NCBI GenBank assembly: GCA_951406725.2
Contig: OX597836.1
Span: forward strand, 29,760,001 to 29,824,000
Direction: 5' to 3'
Length of the DNA stretch: 64,000 bases
From: Octopus vulgaris
Taxonomy: Eukaryota
The position numbers and the translations under genes are program-made. Numbering within the stretch: the stretch's first letter is position 1; each line of letters begins with the position of its first letter. This document shows positions 11,820 to 24,020 of the stretch, piece by piece. The notes below the pieces were generated by a model. The model saw only the letters and a program-made list of their open reading frames with translations, searched no databases and was not told the DNA's origin.

Positions 11820-12120
11820 CACATTGATGGTTACTTGTTGGTTCACCAAAATCATCTTCCAAGCTTATTGAATCCTCATATCAGTGGTGGAGGTTAATGG
11901 GTGTCCTGCTTCATCTTCATGCTTCACCCTTATCCAGCCATTTAAAAAAAAACTTCACTATCTGTTTGTAAACACTTCTACATGTCAGAGCACTGCCTCC
12001 CCATTGTACTAAAAGCCAGCAATGAATTTTAGCCTCTGACACGCCTTCAGACCAGAGAAATCAGATCTTTGATCTCTGTTATTCCTTGGTGCACATTGCC
12101 AGTAGAGTGGACATGTTTAG
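11820..12120 (-). pseudogene. Mariner transposase N-terminal fossil
   Basis: Translates as CTKE*QRS..FLWSEGVSEAKIH...F.NGWIRVKHEDEAGHPLTSTTD, typical of the mariner HTH region; stops present. Confidence 0.65.
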
Positions 12121-12269
12121 TTTGTAACACAAAGAAAGAAAACTGGAGTGATCAAGGTCAACCTCGGTTATGTAACCAAAAGAGTACCACCTTTTAACAC
12201 ATGGATGCTGAAGGCAGTGCAGCCAACCTGATGAAAGTTTTGGCAAAAGAGCAGATACGTTTTCACTTA

Positions 12270-12408
12270 CTGTCACACACACACACATATACATATAAAT
12301 ACAAATATATATATACATATATATACCTATATATACACGAACACACACACACATACATAAATTATATACATATAATAATATACATATATAAATACATATA
12401 CATATATA

Positions 12409-12454
<46 letters not shown>

Positions 12455-12580
12455 TAATAGAAATATTAAAATTACTAAGTCTCTCTAAAATATAAATATA
12501 TATAAATACATACATAAAATATATATATACATATATAAATACAAATATAAATATATATGTACATAATATATATATATAAA
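12270..12580. repeat. Compound (TA)n/(CA)n microsatellite
   Basis: Direct inspection. Confidence 0.95.
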
Positions 12581-12738
12581 ATTTTGAATTGTGCAATAGA
12601 AACAGCTCTAGAGTAAAATCTTATTCTATATAACATACTTAATGTATGTGTGTTGTTGAACAGCCTGAAGTTGCAGTTAAAAAAAAACAAAAAAACAGAG
12701 AGAGAGAGGGGGGTGGTGAAATCCTTGGTACAGTTAGA

Positions 12739-12935
12739 TATATTTGAAAAAGGAAAAGAGTGACTACACCGGTAGTTCTAATCAATTTAATTTTCTTCTA
12801 ATAATATAATATAATTTCACAGTTTGGCTTGTAGATCTAGTTCTACAAGCCAAACTGTAAAATTATATTATATTATTAGAAAATTAATTCGATTAGCACT
12901 ACTAGTGAAGCAATTCTTTTCCTTTTTCAAATATA
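12739..12935. repeat. ~200-bp imperfect palindrome (foldback/MITE-like)
   Basis: TATATTTGAAAAAGGAAAAGA...TCTTTTCCTTTTTCAAATATA outer arms; ACAGTTTGGCTTGTAGA/TCTACAAGCCAAACTGT inner arms. Confidence 0.85.
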
Positions 12936-13194
12936 CACAGACATGACAGAAGTAAATAGACACTCCATAAAACATTGTTTTATGTTTATTTTTAACTTGC
13001 AGAGGTTTATATTTTTTTTTATTAAATGACATTGTTATGTTTAAGGTTCTATATGTGACCGTTTAACCATGCCACATACATAAGAAGCTTTGGAACTGTC
13101 CGAATTTCAAAGAGGCCATATTGTGGGTCAATCTGAAGGCGTACTAGGTCAGCATAAAATCGCAGAAAACCTTGGGATTCCGCTTTCTACAGTT
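12934..13194 (+). mobile_element. Tc1-like transposon 5' fragment
   Basis: 13069-13194 reads [38 protein letters not shown], a Tc1 paired-like HTH start. Confidence 0.65.
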
Positions 13195-13300
13195 TGTTTT
13201 CTTGTGATTTACCTTGCATTTATTTTGCAACCACACAGATAATCATTTATAATCATTTTCTTTACAGACATCATGTATTTATGTCTACATTAACCATTAT

Positions 13301-13694
13301 AGGTGCAGGAGTGGCTGTGTGGTAAGTAGCTTGCTTACCAGCCACATGGTTCCGGGTTCAGTCCCACTGCATGGCACCTTGGGCAAGTGTCTTCTACTAC
13401 TATAGCCTCGGGCCGACCAAAGCCTTGTGAGTGGATTTGGTAGACGGAAACTGAAAGAAGCCCGTCATATATATGTATATATATATATGTGTGTTTGTCC
13501 CCCCAACATTGCTTGACAACTGATGCTGGTGTGTTTACGTCCCCATAACTTAGCAGTTCGGCAAAAGAGAGCAATAGAATAAGTACTAGGCTTACAAAGA
13601 ATAAGTCCTGGGGGTCGATTTGCTCAACCAAAGGCAGTGCTCCAGCATGGCCGCAGTCAAATGACTGAAACAAGTAAAAGTAAAAGAGAAAGAG
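13301..13694 (+). mobile_element. SINE family A, full length
   Basis: Full family match. Confidence 0.9.
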
Positions 13695-13856
13695 AACCCT
13701 TATACGTCATCTGACGATGGGACAGTCTATGATATATATATATATATATACCTTCTATCTATAAATGCTCTATCTAATATCTATACAGCCTTGGTTTTTT
13801 TAATCAGATTATGCAAAAAATTCATACATATATATGTATGTATGTATGTATATATG

Positions 13857-13887
<31 letters not shown>

Positions 13888-14863
13888 TTTACATAGTGAA
13901 CAATAGCATTGTTCTGATGTTTCAAATAGCCCAATCAAAAGTGATCAAGAGTGAATTTCATCAGTTTTTCATTTTCCTTATACCCTTTACTGATATATGG
14001 CAGACTTCCACACAGTTTCCACCTACCACATTCAAAGGATAAGTCATGAGGTGACTGAGATTTGTCAACAGGAGTTCGTGGCAGAAGTCACTTAACAAAG
14101 TGTTGCGTTGTAGACTCAGACCCTCAACAACATAGCTATGAAGCAAACTCTTCACCCACACAATCATATCTGAAAACATTTTCAACACTTTTTTCTTTAC
14201 AGACATCATGTATCTATGTCTATATTAACCACTATGTCTTTGCTTTTTTTCTAAATGGTCAACTAAACATGATTTTAAGGGTGGTTTTGCTGCTATTTCT
14301 AGCATCTCAAGCAACTGGTTAGAGTGTCCCTCTTCATGAAACTGCGATTTTGAGTGTACCACTGAAGGAGTTTACTAAACTTACTGCATGTTCTTTATTC
14401 CCTTTCTTACTTTTCAGCGAAGAGAATACTTTGGTTTGAATTTGGTAAGATAAGAGATACAAACTCTCTCCTTCCTCTACATATTTAAAAAAACCCGAAT
14501 ATCCTAACATGTGACAAATTATGTCAGTTTATGAAGTGAAAATATAGGTCAATTCTTATCATTTTTCAACTTGTTCTTGGTTCATAATGTAACAACACTA
14601 TATTTTGGACTCTGTATTACCAAGGAGCATGCCTACTTAGGGCACACAGTGAATATGTGCTGAGATAGGGAAGCTGAAATCTCAAAGAAAATAAGGGCAG
14701 CAGGACCAGTCCCAAGAATTTTTCGAAGGGAGAGTACAAGGTCAGAAGCAAATACAATTCCAGGAGAAAAGGGTATAATAACATTACTTAGAAGGCTTCA
14801 CTTCTTTTCTTGAATCTCTGTTTACCAATAGTTTTGATAGATCCTGAGTTTTATAGTGTTTTT

Positions 14864-15281
14864 TATTTCTTTATTGCCCACAAGGGGCTAAACATAGAGG
14901 AGACAAACAAGGACAGACAAAGGTATTAAGTCGATTACATCAATCCCAGTGTGTAACTGGTACTTAATTTATTGACCCCGAAAGGATGAAAGGCAAAGTC
15001 AACCTCGGCGGAATTTGAACTCAGAATGTAGCGGCCGATGAAATACCAATTTCTTTACTACCCACAAGGGGCTAAACACAGAGAGGACAAACAAGGACAG
15101 ACAAAGGTATTAAGTCGATTACATCAATCCCAGTGTGTAACTGGTACTTAATTTATTGACCCCGAAAGGATGAAAGGCAAAGTTGACCTCGGCGGAATTT
15201 GAATTCAGAACGTAGCGGCCGATGAAATACCACTAAGCATTTCGCCCGGCGTGCTGACATTTCTGCCAGCTCGCTGCCTTA
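14864..15281 (-). mobile_element. SINE family B, dimeric form
   Basis: One head plus two ~185-bp head-to-tail body units. Confidence 0.9.
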
Positions 15282-15647
15282 TTTCTGCCAATAACATCAA
15301 TGTAGTCGAGTAGTTTCCTTCCTCTTTTAGAGGATGAAAGTTTCCAATTACAATATTTGATATGGTGTGTTGTTTGCATGATAGTAGTGTCCAGCAGAAC
15401 CTGCTCTGTCTTGAGTAATAACAGTGGAAATGCATGGCTAAGTGGTTAGGATATTGGACTCATGATCATAAGATTGTGGTTTTGATTCTGCCACTGAGTG
15501 ATGTGTTGTGGTCTTGAGCAATACACTTCATTTCATGTTCCAGTCCATTCAGCTGGCAAAAGATGTGTCATTCTGTGATGGACTGGTGTTCTATCCATGG
15601 AAACTGGCCCTTTGAATCTATATGGTTCAGGAAGGATTTTATATCTA

Positions 15648-16045
15648 TTCTTTTACTTGTTTCAGTCATTTGACTGCAGCCATGCTGGAGCACCGCCTTT
15701 AGTCGAGCAAATCGACCCCGGAACTTACTCTTTGTAAGCCCAGTACTTATTCTATCGGTCTCTTTTGCCGAACCGCTAAGTGACGGGGACGTAAACACAC
15801 CAGCATCGGTTGTCAGGCAATGCTAGGGGGACAAACACAGATACACAAACACACACACACATACATATATATACATACATACGACAGGCTTCTTTCAGTT
15901 TCCGTCTACCAAATCCACTCACAAGGCATTGGTCGGCCCGGGGCTATAGCAGAAGACACTTGCCCAAGATGCCACGCAGTGGGACTGAACCCGGAACCAT
16001 GTGGTTGGTAAGCAAGCTACTTACCACACAGCCACTCCTGTGCCT
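15648..16045 (-). mobile_element. SINE family A, full length
   Basis: Full family match. Confidence 0.9.
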
Positions 16046-16049
16046 ATGG

Positions 16050-16560
16050 GTGAGTTGTGTCCATAAATCTCCTCTTTGGTCTTTTGCTCCTACCAGGAGC
16101 TGTTCTGAACCGCCATGAGAAGTCTGGTGTATGTATCATCAAGGTGATCTTGGAGAAGAATGCTCCCTACTCATGCCCTGAAGAAAGGTTTTGTTGACTG
16201 TGAAGTATTTGATTGACAGATGTCTTGAAGTGTATTACAAGCACTCCAGGCTAGTCTCTTGTATGTAAAGAAGCTTTACTTATTGTCAGCAATGTAGGAC
16301 CCAACTTACTTGAAGTCAATGATTATTTTGAGTTGTGTGACATGGTTGGAACAGGTGGCTTTCCTTTTCATTGATGGTCATGTATTCAGCCTTCTTTGAA
16401 TTAAGAATCAAACTGTCTTTAGCTGCAGCTTTCCTGAAAGATATTAACAAGTCTTAACACATCTCACAGTTGAGCTGCGTGGGCATGATCATTATCTCAA
16501 TCAAGGTCAGAGAGACAAAATCTGCTGATACCTTGATGGTAAAGCCTTTGTCATGGATTA
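16050..16560 (-). mobile_element. Highly decayed RTE-like RT fragment
   Basis: Minus-strand remnants such as TINEKESHLFQP and ..VLRLVNIF resemble the post-YADD region of RTE/BovB RT. Confidence 0.35.
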
Positions 16561-16633
16561 AGCCAGGAGTTTATCTAAGGATATAATCTACTACAATCAC
16601 AAAGAGTAAGAGAACTATGGTATTCCAGATTAC

Positions 16634-16867
16634 AAGGCGGCGAGCTGGCAGAAACGTTAGCATGCTGGGCGAAATGCGTAGCTGTATTTTGTCTGCCGTT
16701 ACGTTCTGAGTTCAAATTCCGCCGAGGTCGATTTTGCCTTTCATCCTTTCGGGGGTCAATAAATTAAGTACCAGTTACGCACCAGGGTCGATATAATCGA
16801 CTTAATCCGTCTGTCTGTCCTTGTTTGTCCCCTCTGTGTTTAGCCCCTTGTGGGTAGTAAAGAAATA
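16634..16867 (+). mobile_element. SINE family B monomer
   Basis: Family match; flanked by the direct repeat GGTATTCCAGATTA (16619-16632, 16868-16881). Confidence 0.9.
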
Positions 16868-17469
16868 GGTATTCCAGATTATAATTCTTAAAGAGAAAGA
16901 GGACTATGATATACCATGATGAGATTATCAAAGCCATCACCATCAAGTACAAAAATTCATCAAGCTTTGCACAAAAACATTGCCATATCCAGCTAAAGAG
17001 TTCCCAACAACAGCAGGAATCCTTTGGGCAGACATCTTCACTCCTTTTCTCCTTGTGATTGTAGTAGACTACATCTTTAGGCAAAGTCTTGACCACATCC
17101 AAAAATTGAGGCCTGAATATCTTGAAATATGTTTTATTCATATTTATTCATAAATTTAATTAATAAAATTAGGTAAACGAATGTTGACTTTATAATTTTC
17201 CTCTATATCTTCAACTTTAAAAACTTTTTTTTTGAAACTGCCCATCTGAAGCATACCAATAATATTTTGCGTGTTTCCCCTGTGCACCATAAAGTCAAAA
17301 AGAGTGAGAACCATTTGTAGTACAATGTGATTTTTCGTAGATTTGGCTGCTATTTCGTGTAGGTTGAGCAAATGTATAGAAAATACCTGGTTAGTTTGTC
17401 CTTTTTTTCTTTGATAGGTGCAGGTGTGGCTGTGTGGTAAGAAATTTCCTTCTAAACCAATCTGATTCT

Positions 17470-17860
17470 GAAGGAATGTTTTTGTGAACTAGCATATGTC
17501 TTTTAAGTCCAGATATTGTCTTACAAGTTTTTTGATGTATGACACACATTGTAAGAGGCAGTTGGTGTCCAAGATCATTTCCTCTCTGGGCATTTCGATT
17601 TTCATGTGACTTCATATGATTCATGTATCCTGCTTTTGACAACAGAACACTGTCACACATAATACATATCCAATGTTCAATGTTGATTACAGTATCAATT
17701 GTTCCTTTGTGACAGATCCTTTTAAGTTCAGAGTGCTGAATCAGATTTTCCTCTTAGGCATTTGCAACCAGTCCTAACAGCTTCTCTCTACTTGTTCTGA
17801 TCTAGAACCTCATTTTCCCAATCACATTTTTTTCATATCTAGTTTCTTCAGCTTTTTCTT
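17470..17860 (-). mobile_element. LINE (RTE/BovB-like) C-terminal fragment with C2H2 fingers
   Basis: CIMCDSVLLSKAGYMNHMKSH and C..QKTCKTISGLKRHMLVH preceded by decayed RTE-like C-terminal sequence. Confidence 0.5.
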
Positions 17861-17904
17861 CACGACTGAAAAAATTGGAGTCAACAAGAATATACCATAA
17901 CTAT

Positions 17905-18345
17905 GTGTGTGTGTGTGTGTGTTTTTCCCCCCACCATCACATGACAACCGATGCTGGCGTGGTTATATCTCTCGTAACTTAGCTGTTCAGCAAAAGAGAC
18001 TGACAGAATAATTACTAGGCTTACAAAGAATAAGTCCTGGGGTCAATTTCTTCAACTAAAACCCTTTAACCCTTTAGCATTCAAACCGGCCATATCTGGC
18101 CAAAATATTTAACCTGTTTTATGTTGAAACTGGTCAGATCTGGCCTCTCACCTCCACCCTACTATGTCCATTCTAAGACTAAACAATCACATCATAGGCA
18201 TCTCTACAAGATAATGCATGATTAATTTAAAACAATATAAATAAACAAACATTACATTTGACAGAATAATCTGAACACTAAAGGGTTAAGGTGGTGCTCC
18301 AGCATGGCTGCAGGCAAATGACTGAAACAAGTAAAAGAGTAGAAG
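17905..18345 (+). mobile_element. SINE family A 3' half interrupted by a MITE
   Basis: SINE body stops at 18065 and resumes at 18290 (GGTGGTGCTCCAGCATGG). Confidence 0.8.
18066..18289. mobile_element. TTAA-flanked piggyBac-like MITE, family 3
   Basis: TTAA|CCCTTTAG...CTAAAGGG|TTAA; inserted into a SINE; related copies at 42623, 44046 and 62411. Confidence 0.85.
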
Positions 18346-18468
18346 AATATATGTAGTATATATGTATAATTAAATTAGGCAGCGGTTTAGCAATGAATCA
18401 CCAAAAAGGGAAACTATAATTGTCACTAGATATGACAGGTGTCAGAACACCTACAATGCTAGGTGTTC

Positions 18469-18514
<46 letters not shown>

Positions 18515-18960
18515 GACTTTCTGTGCAACATTTTATGGTTATTAGTCAACTTAATGTCACTCACCCCACTTCTGTTCCCACTCTGTAGCACCCCACACAA
18601 TGTTCAATATTTGGTGCATGATTTTCTCACTTTTTTTATCCGTTTCTCTATCCTTCTCCACTCTCCTCTTGTGCACAGAACTTTCCCCATCTATTTCAAT
18701 CTGTCTCTCTACCTATTTGCTGCCTTTCTCTCTTTACTATCTTCCATTTCTTCCTCTGTCAACTATGTACCATCTATCTTTATTCTCTTTTTCCTCCACA
18801 CTCTCTCTTTCTTCCTGCTTGTCTTCCCCAACCGTCTCTGCTCCACTCTGTCTCTCTTTCTTCACTTTTTGGTACCAAAAGACCATCCAATTTTTCTACT
18901 TGACTAGTGCATAGGTAAGACATATTTTGTCTCATCTCCTGCCTAGCACTCACTTCAAGT
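18515..18960. repeat. Pyrimidine-rich segment duplicated at 22501-23275
   Basis: Shared GACTTTCTGTGCAACATTTTATGGTT...CATCTCCTGCCTAGCA; the second copy is split by a SINE. Confidence 0.75.
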
Positions 18961-19274
18961 GTAGGACAAAAGCCCCATGGGAAAAAGCCTCTTGGACAAA
19001 GTTAAAGTTAAAGCCCCATAGTTAAAGTTTGAAAGTGGATGAAAACCCCATGTTTATATATATATATTTTTTTCACCTTTTGCCGGTTTCAGTCATTAGA
19101 CAGTGGCCATGCTGGGGCACTGCCTTGAATAATTTTTAGTTGAACATATCGACGGTAGAATTTTTTTTTTTTTACTTGTTGCATTTATTAGACTGGGTAA
19201 AACCTTGAAGAATTTTTAGTTGAATGTATCGACGCCAGAATTTTAAAAATATTTTTACTTGTTGCTGCAGCATT

Positions 19275-19671
19275 CTCTTTACTCTTTTACTTGTTTCAGT
19301 CATTTGACTGCGGCCATGCTGGAGCACCGCCTTTAGTCGAGCAAATCGACCCCGGGACTTATTCTTTGTAAGCCTAGTACTTATTTTATCGGACCCTTTT
19401 TTGCCGAACCGCTAAGTGACAGGGACGTAAACACACCAGCATCGGTGGTCAAGCAATGCTAGGGGGACAAACACAGACACACAAACACACACACATATAC
19501 ATATATACGACAGGCTTCTTTCAGTTTCCATCTTCCAAATCCACTTACAAGGCATTGGTCAGCCCGGGGCTATAGCAGAAGACACTTGCCCAAGATGCTA
19601 TGCAGTGGGACTGAACCCGGAACCATGTGGTTGGTTAGCAAGCTACTTACCACACAGCCACTCCTGCGCCT
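19275..19671 (-). mobile_element. SINE family A, full length
   Basis: Full family match. Confidence 0.9.
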
Positions 19672-19699
19672 CATTGCATCCACTATTTGCTAAAATGTA

Positions 19700-19850
19700 G
19701 AAGGAGCCAGTAGTTTAGGGGCATTTGGAAAACTAACAGTCAAGTTTGAGAAATATGTCAAAGAAATCGGAATTGACATGAGAGCAGAACAAGCCTAAAA
19801 CAATGCTCTGTTTGGGACAGCTAGGATTTTGAGATTGGTACTTGGATGAT
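19700..19850 (+). mobile_element. R4/Dong-clade LINE 3' end (restriction-like endonuclease tail)
   Basis: PVVLGAFG...Q...ALFGTARILRLVL resembles the conserved C-terminus of R4/Dong ORFs. Confidence 0.6.
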
Positions 19851-20606
19851 GAATGTCACCCACGATAATTAACAACCAAGTATCAAAATTTATACGTGTA
19901 CACCCTTGGATTTTTGTATGGAATCAAGTACCCTGACCTCCTAATGTGCTGCAAACTTATTTTTGTTCGGAGAAAAAGGGTGAGGGTAATTGGACCCCCG
20001 CCTCTCGGAATCATTGGAATTAAAAATTTTTTTTTCCTTTGAATGAATTACGGTGACCTCCTAATATGTCACAAAACACTTTTTTGTCTGGAAAATGGGT
20101 GGGAGGTGCAGGTGGTGCACTTTGCAACCCCTAAAATTTTTCTGAGGTGCAAAATCAAAATTCATACCCTGCTACATACTTTGTCAGGTTTAGAAAATAT
20201 TGTCTAAAAATTGATTTGTAAAATGTTGCTTGAAGTTAGGTTTCTTCTCAAAACAAGAGCAAAGGACAAAAATAAATATAAAAAAAAAGAGCCCAGAATG
20301 TTTACTGATGAAGGTGGTCATAAAATTCCCAAGGGAATTCTCTAGAAAGATATACTATTGAACTAACAGTATGACTAGCAGTACAGCCATTCCTCAAAAC
20401 TAGCTTATTTGATGACCTATTAAATTCCACAATGAAAAGCCCTTCACTATCCAGCTATTCACATTCTTCATTTTCTCTGAATACTACAACTGACTCATCA
20501 TCATCATCATCATCATCATCATTGCCATTCTACTGATACAACCATGACCACTACTATTGTCACACCTTTCACCCCCCCCCCACTGTTCATTTTTGATTTG
20601 AATGTA

Positions 20607-20747
20607 TACAGTTCTAGGATATCATTCTTCACTCTACGAGATGATTTCTGGTGTACCATAGGGGTCTGTTCTTGGACCCCTACTGTTTGTTGCATATATT
20701 AATGATATAGATGCCAATTTGAGGAATGTTACAGTGCTGAAATGTAT
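20607..20747 (+). mobile_element. CR1/L2 RT fragment (duplicate of 21249-21390)
   Basis: Near-identical to the ISGVP.GS.LGPLLFVAYINDID segment downstream. Confidence 0.75.
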
Positions 20748-21127
20748 ACAGTGATGAATCTGCCAACTGTAAATAAAATCAAATCTATAAAGGCATGATA
20801 CTCCAAAATATGCCAGTTTTTCTCAATACAAGGGACTATACACATGCAGTAACTGTAATTTCCTGGGACAAAACATGTAATTTGTTCAAGCAACACCAGC
20901 CAATACCAAAACACACATCTTACACCACTGCCACCCTCCTCCATCACTTCTATGTGATTTTTCAAATTGCTACCTCCTGTGCAATTTTTTAATCAGTTTG
21001 TCTGTTTCACTGTGTATGTGTGTGTATTCTCTTTTACATTTCAGTCATTTGACATTGGCCATGCTGGAGCACTGCCTTTAGTTGAACAAATCAACCCCAG
21101 GACTTATTCTCTGTAAGCCTAGTGCTA

Positions 21128-22190
21128 GGCTAAAGCCTTCAACACTGTGCCACACAAACGACTCATGGTAAAACTATCTGTAACGGGTGTGAAGGATGAT
21201 CACTAAAACTGGCTGAAGTCCTTCATTCTCGGTCAGAAAAAAGTAGTTACAGTTCTAGGATATCATTCTTCACTCTATGAGATGATTTCTGGTGTACCAC
21301 AGGGATCCATTCTTGGACCCCTGCTGTTTGTTGCATATATTAATGATATAGATGCCAATTTGAGGAATATTACAGTGCTGAAATATGCAGGTGACACCAA
21401 GCAGTACCTTGAAATAAAAAGAACCGATCCTATGCACTATAGATCTTTCCTGCAATCAGACCTGGATACAATGCAGCAATGGATCTCTGACTGGCAACCT
21501 TAACTGTGGAGAAGTGCATCACCACGCGTTTTGAGAGGAAAAATCCAGCCTTTACATCTCTCTCAGCAATACCAATCTCAAGAAGTCTTCTAATAGACAT
21601 GATCTGGGCATTATTGTAAACAATGATCTGCGTTGGACAAACCACATCTCTAAGATTGTCAAGAAAGCTGATGGGTGCTAGCATCACTCAATAAGACCTT
21701 TGTCAGCTGATCTCCAGCTATCTATTTTAAATTGTATATGACAATGGTACATCCACACTTGGAATTTGCATCACCAATCTGGAACCCCTATCTTGCTCAG
21801 AATATAAATCTCCTGGAAACTGTTCAAAAACGTGCAACAAAATGAATACCTGCCATCAGATATCTATCATACTCTGAATTTCTTACTTCCCTGGGCATGG
21901 ATACATTTAAGCTCAGACGTCTGGCAACTGACTTGGTTGATAGCCACAAGATTATACACCATCTTTCCAACAACAACCTTGCGCACCTTTTTGAATTCCA
22001 TATGACAAACACTCGTGGACATGTTTATAAAATCAAAAAAACAACACAGCACCCACGACTTCCAGAAACATTTTTCCATGCTCAGAATTACTGAAGCATG
22101 GAATAAACTACCTGCATCAGTTGTTAGCTGTTGAGACAATACATCCTTCAAAACTTCCATGCTTCTCGAAATCCGCCAACAGTACACCTA
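21128..22190 (+). mobile_element. CR1/L2-group LINE, 5'-truncated RT pseudogene
   Basis: KAFNTVPHKRL, SGVPQGSILGPLLF..YINDID, KYAGDTK, LQSDLD, WNPYL and RGHVYK motifs with stops and frameshifts; 3' tail continues at ~22410-22460 after a SINE. Confidence 0.85.
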
Positions 22191-22396
22191 TTTCTTTACT
22201 ACCCACAAGGGGATAAACAAGGACAGACAAGCGGATTAAGTCGATTACATCGACCCCAGTGCGTAACTGGTACTTAATTTATCGACCCTGAAAGGATGAA
22301 AGGCAAAGTCGACCTCGGCAGAATTTGAACTCAGAACATAATGGCAGACGAAATACTGCTAAGCATTTCGCCCAGCATGCTAATGTTTCTGCCAAC
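22188..22396 (-). mobile_element. SINE family B inserted in the CR1/L2 3' end
   Basis: Family match. Confidence 0.85.
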
Positions 22397-22821
22397 AGTA
22401 TACTTGATGGCCTTTTTTGTTGTAGTGCACTTGAGCACTGTATACATAATTTCCTTCATCATTTTATATATATATATACACATATATATGTATGTGTGTT
22501 GACTTTCTGTGCAACATTTTATGGTTGTTAGTCAATGTAATGTCACACACTCACTTCTGTTCCTACTAAGTGGTACCCCACACAGTGTTCAATATTTGGT
22601 GCAAGACTTTCTCTCTTTTCTATCTAGTTATCTATTCTTCTCCTCTCCCCTCTAGTGTGCAAAACCTTCCCCATCTAATTCTATCTGCTGCCTTTCTCTC
22701 TTTACTGCCTTCCATTTCTTCCTCTGGCCATCTTTGTCAACTACCTACTGTCTATCTTTATTCCCTTTTTTTTTCTCTGCACTCCCTCTTTCTTTGTACG
22801 TGCTCTTCCACAACCTTCTCT

Positions 22822-23124
22822 TTTGCTGTTTGTTCCTTCTCAAGCCATGCCTGGCTCATAAGGGCCGGTTTCCCAGTTTCTTGGCATATAGGTTCCCCAC
22901 CTGGACGGGACGCCGGTCCATCGCAGGTGAGCTGCAAGATGCAGGAGGAAAGAGAGAAAGTTGTGGCGAAAGAGTCAGCAGAAGTTTCGCCATTACCTTC
23001 TGCGGGAGCTGTGTGGAGCTTAGGTGTTTCACTCATAAACACACACATCGTCCGGTCTGAGATTCGAATGCACGATCCCTCGACCGCAAGTCCGCTGCTC
23101 TAACCACTAGGCCACATGCCTCCA
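22822..23124 (-). mobile_element. SINE family C (V-domain-like body)
   Basis: Similar to 3767-4074; 13-bp TSD CACAACCTTCTCT. Confidence 0.85.
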
Positions 23125-23544
23125 CACAACCTTCTCTACTCCACTCTGTCTCTCTTTCTTCACTTTTTGGTATCAAAAGACCATCCAATTTTTTATCACT
23201 CATCTTTTTTTCTGCTTGACCAGTGCATAAGTAAGACATGTATTTTGTTTCATCTCCTGCCTAGCAATCACTTCAGACCCCAACTTTACCTTTTCACTTT
23301 CCTCCTATCTTTCTTCCCTTCTGTCCTCCCGAGTCTTCTCATTGTACCTTTGAAACACAAGTGCTGTTATTTTCTTCCTTTTTTGTTAGTTTCCCACATT
23401 TTGAAAAACTTGGAATTTATATTTTTACTACTTATGTTTTCTCTGCTTGATATATTTCCAAAATTAAACATTTTAATATGCAAGATATACGTCACATTTT
23501 TACATATACTATACGTTAATGCAAAAAAATCTTGTGTTCATTGA

Positions 23545-24020
23545 CTATCTTCAAAATGATCACGCCATCAATGGAAAGTTCAATGCCAACTTGCTAAGGC
23601 AGTTATGAAAGGCTATCAAGACCAAACACTCAGAAAAACTGATGAATGGGGTCTTGTTTCGTTATGACAATGCTTCAGCACACAAGTCCTTGGTTTCAAT
23701 GGCTGCTGTGTGTGACTGGCTTTGAACTGGTTGATCATCCTCCCTATGTTAGTGATTTGGTTCCAATTGGTTATCATCTGTTTCCCAACAGTGAAAAACA
23801 CTCCGCTGGACACCAGTATAACTGTGATGATGATGTCTTATCTGCTGTTGATGACCATTTTGACCAACAGAATAGCTTCTTCACCAGTGCGACCCAAGCA
23901 CTGTAACTACTTATGGAAGTGTGTGGTCAGTAAGGGGAACTATGTTAGAAAATTAACTTCTTTTGGTCACATTCCATGAGAATGTCTTGCTCAGCCTATG
24001 AACATTTCAGCCGACCCTCA
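23545..24020 (+). pseudogene. Mariner transposase C-terminal fossil with right end
   Basis: LFRYDNASAHKS, DHPPYVSDLVPIGYHLFP (cf. HPPYSPDLAP.DYHLF) and KGNYV motifs. Confidence 0.8.

Noticed and set aside
17391-17660. Host C2H2 zinc-finger gene
   Set aside because: No TGEKP linker; context fits a LINE ORF C-terminus running into a SINE head
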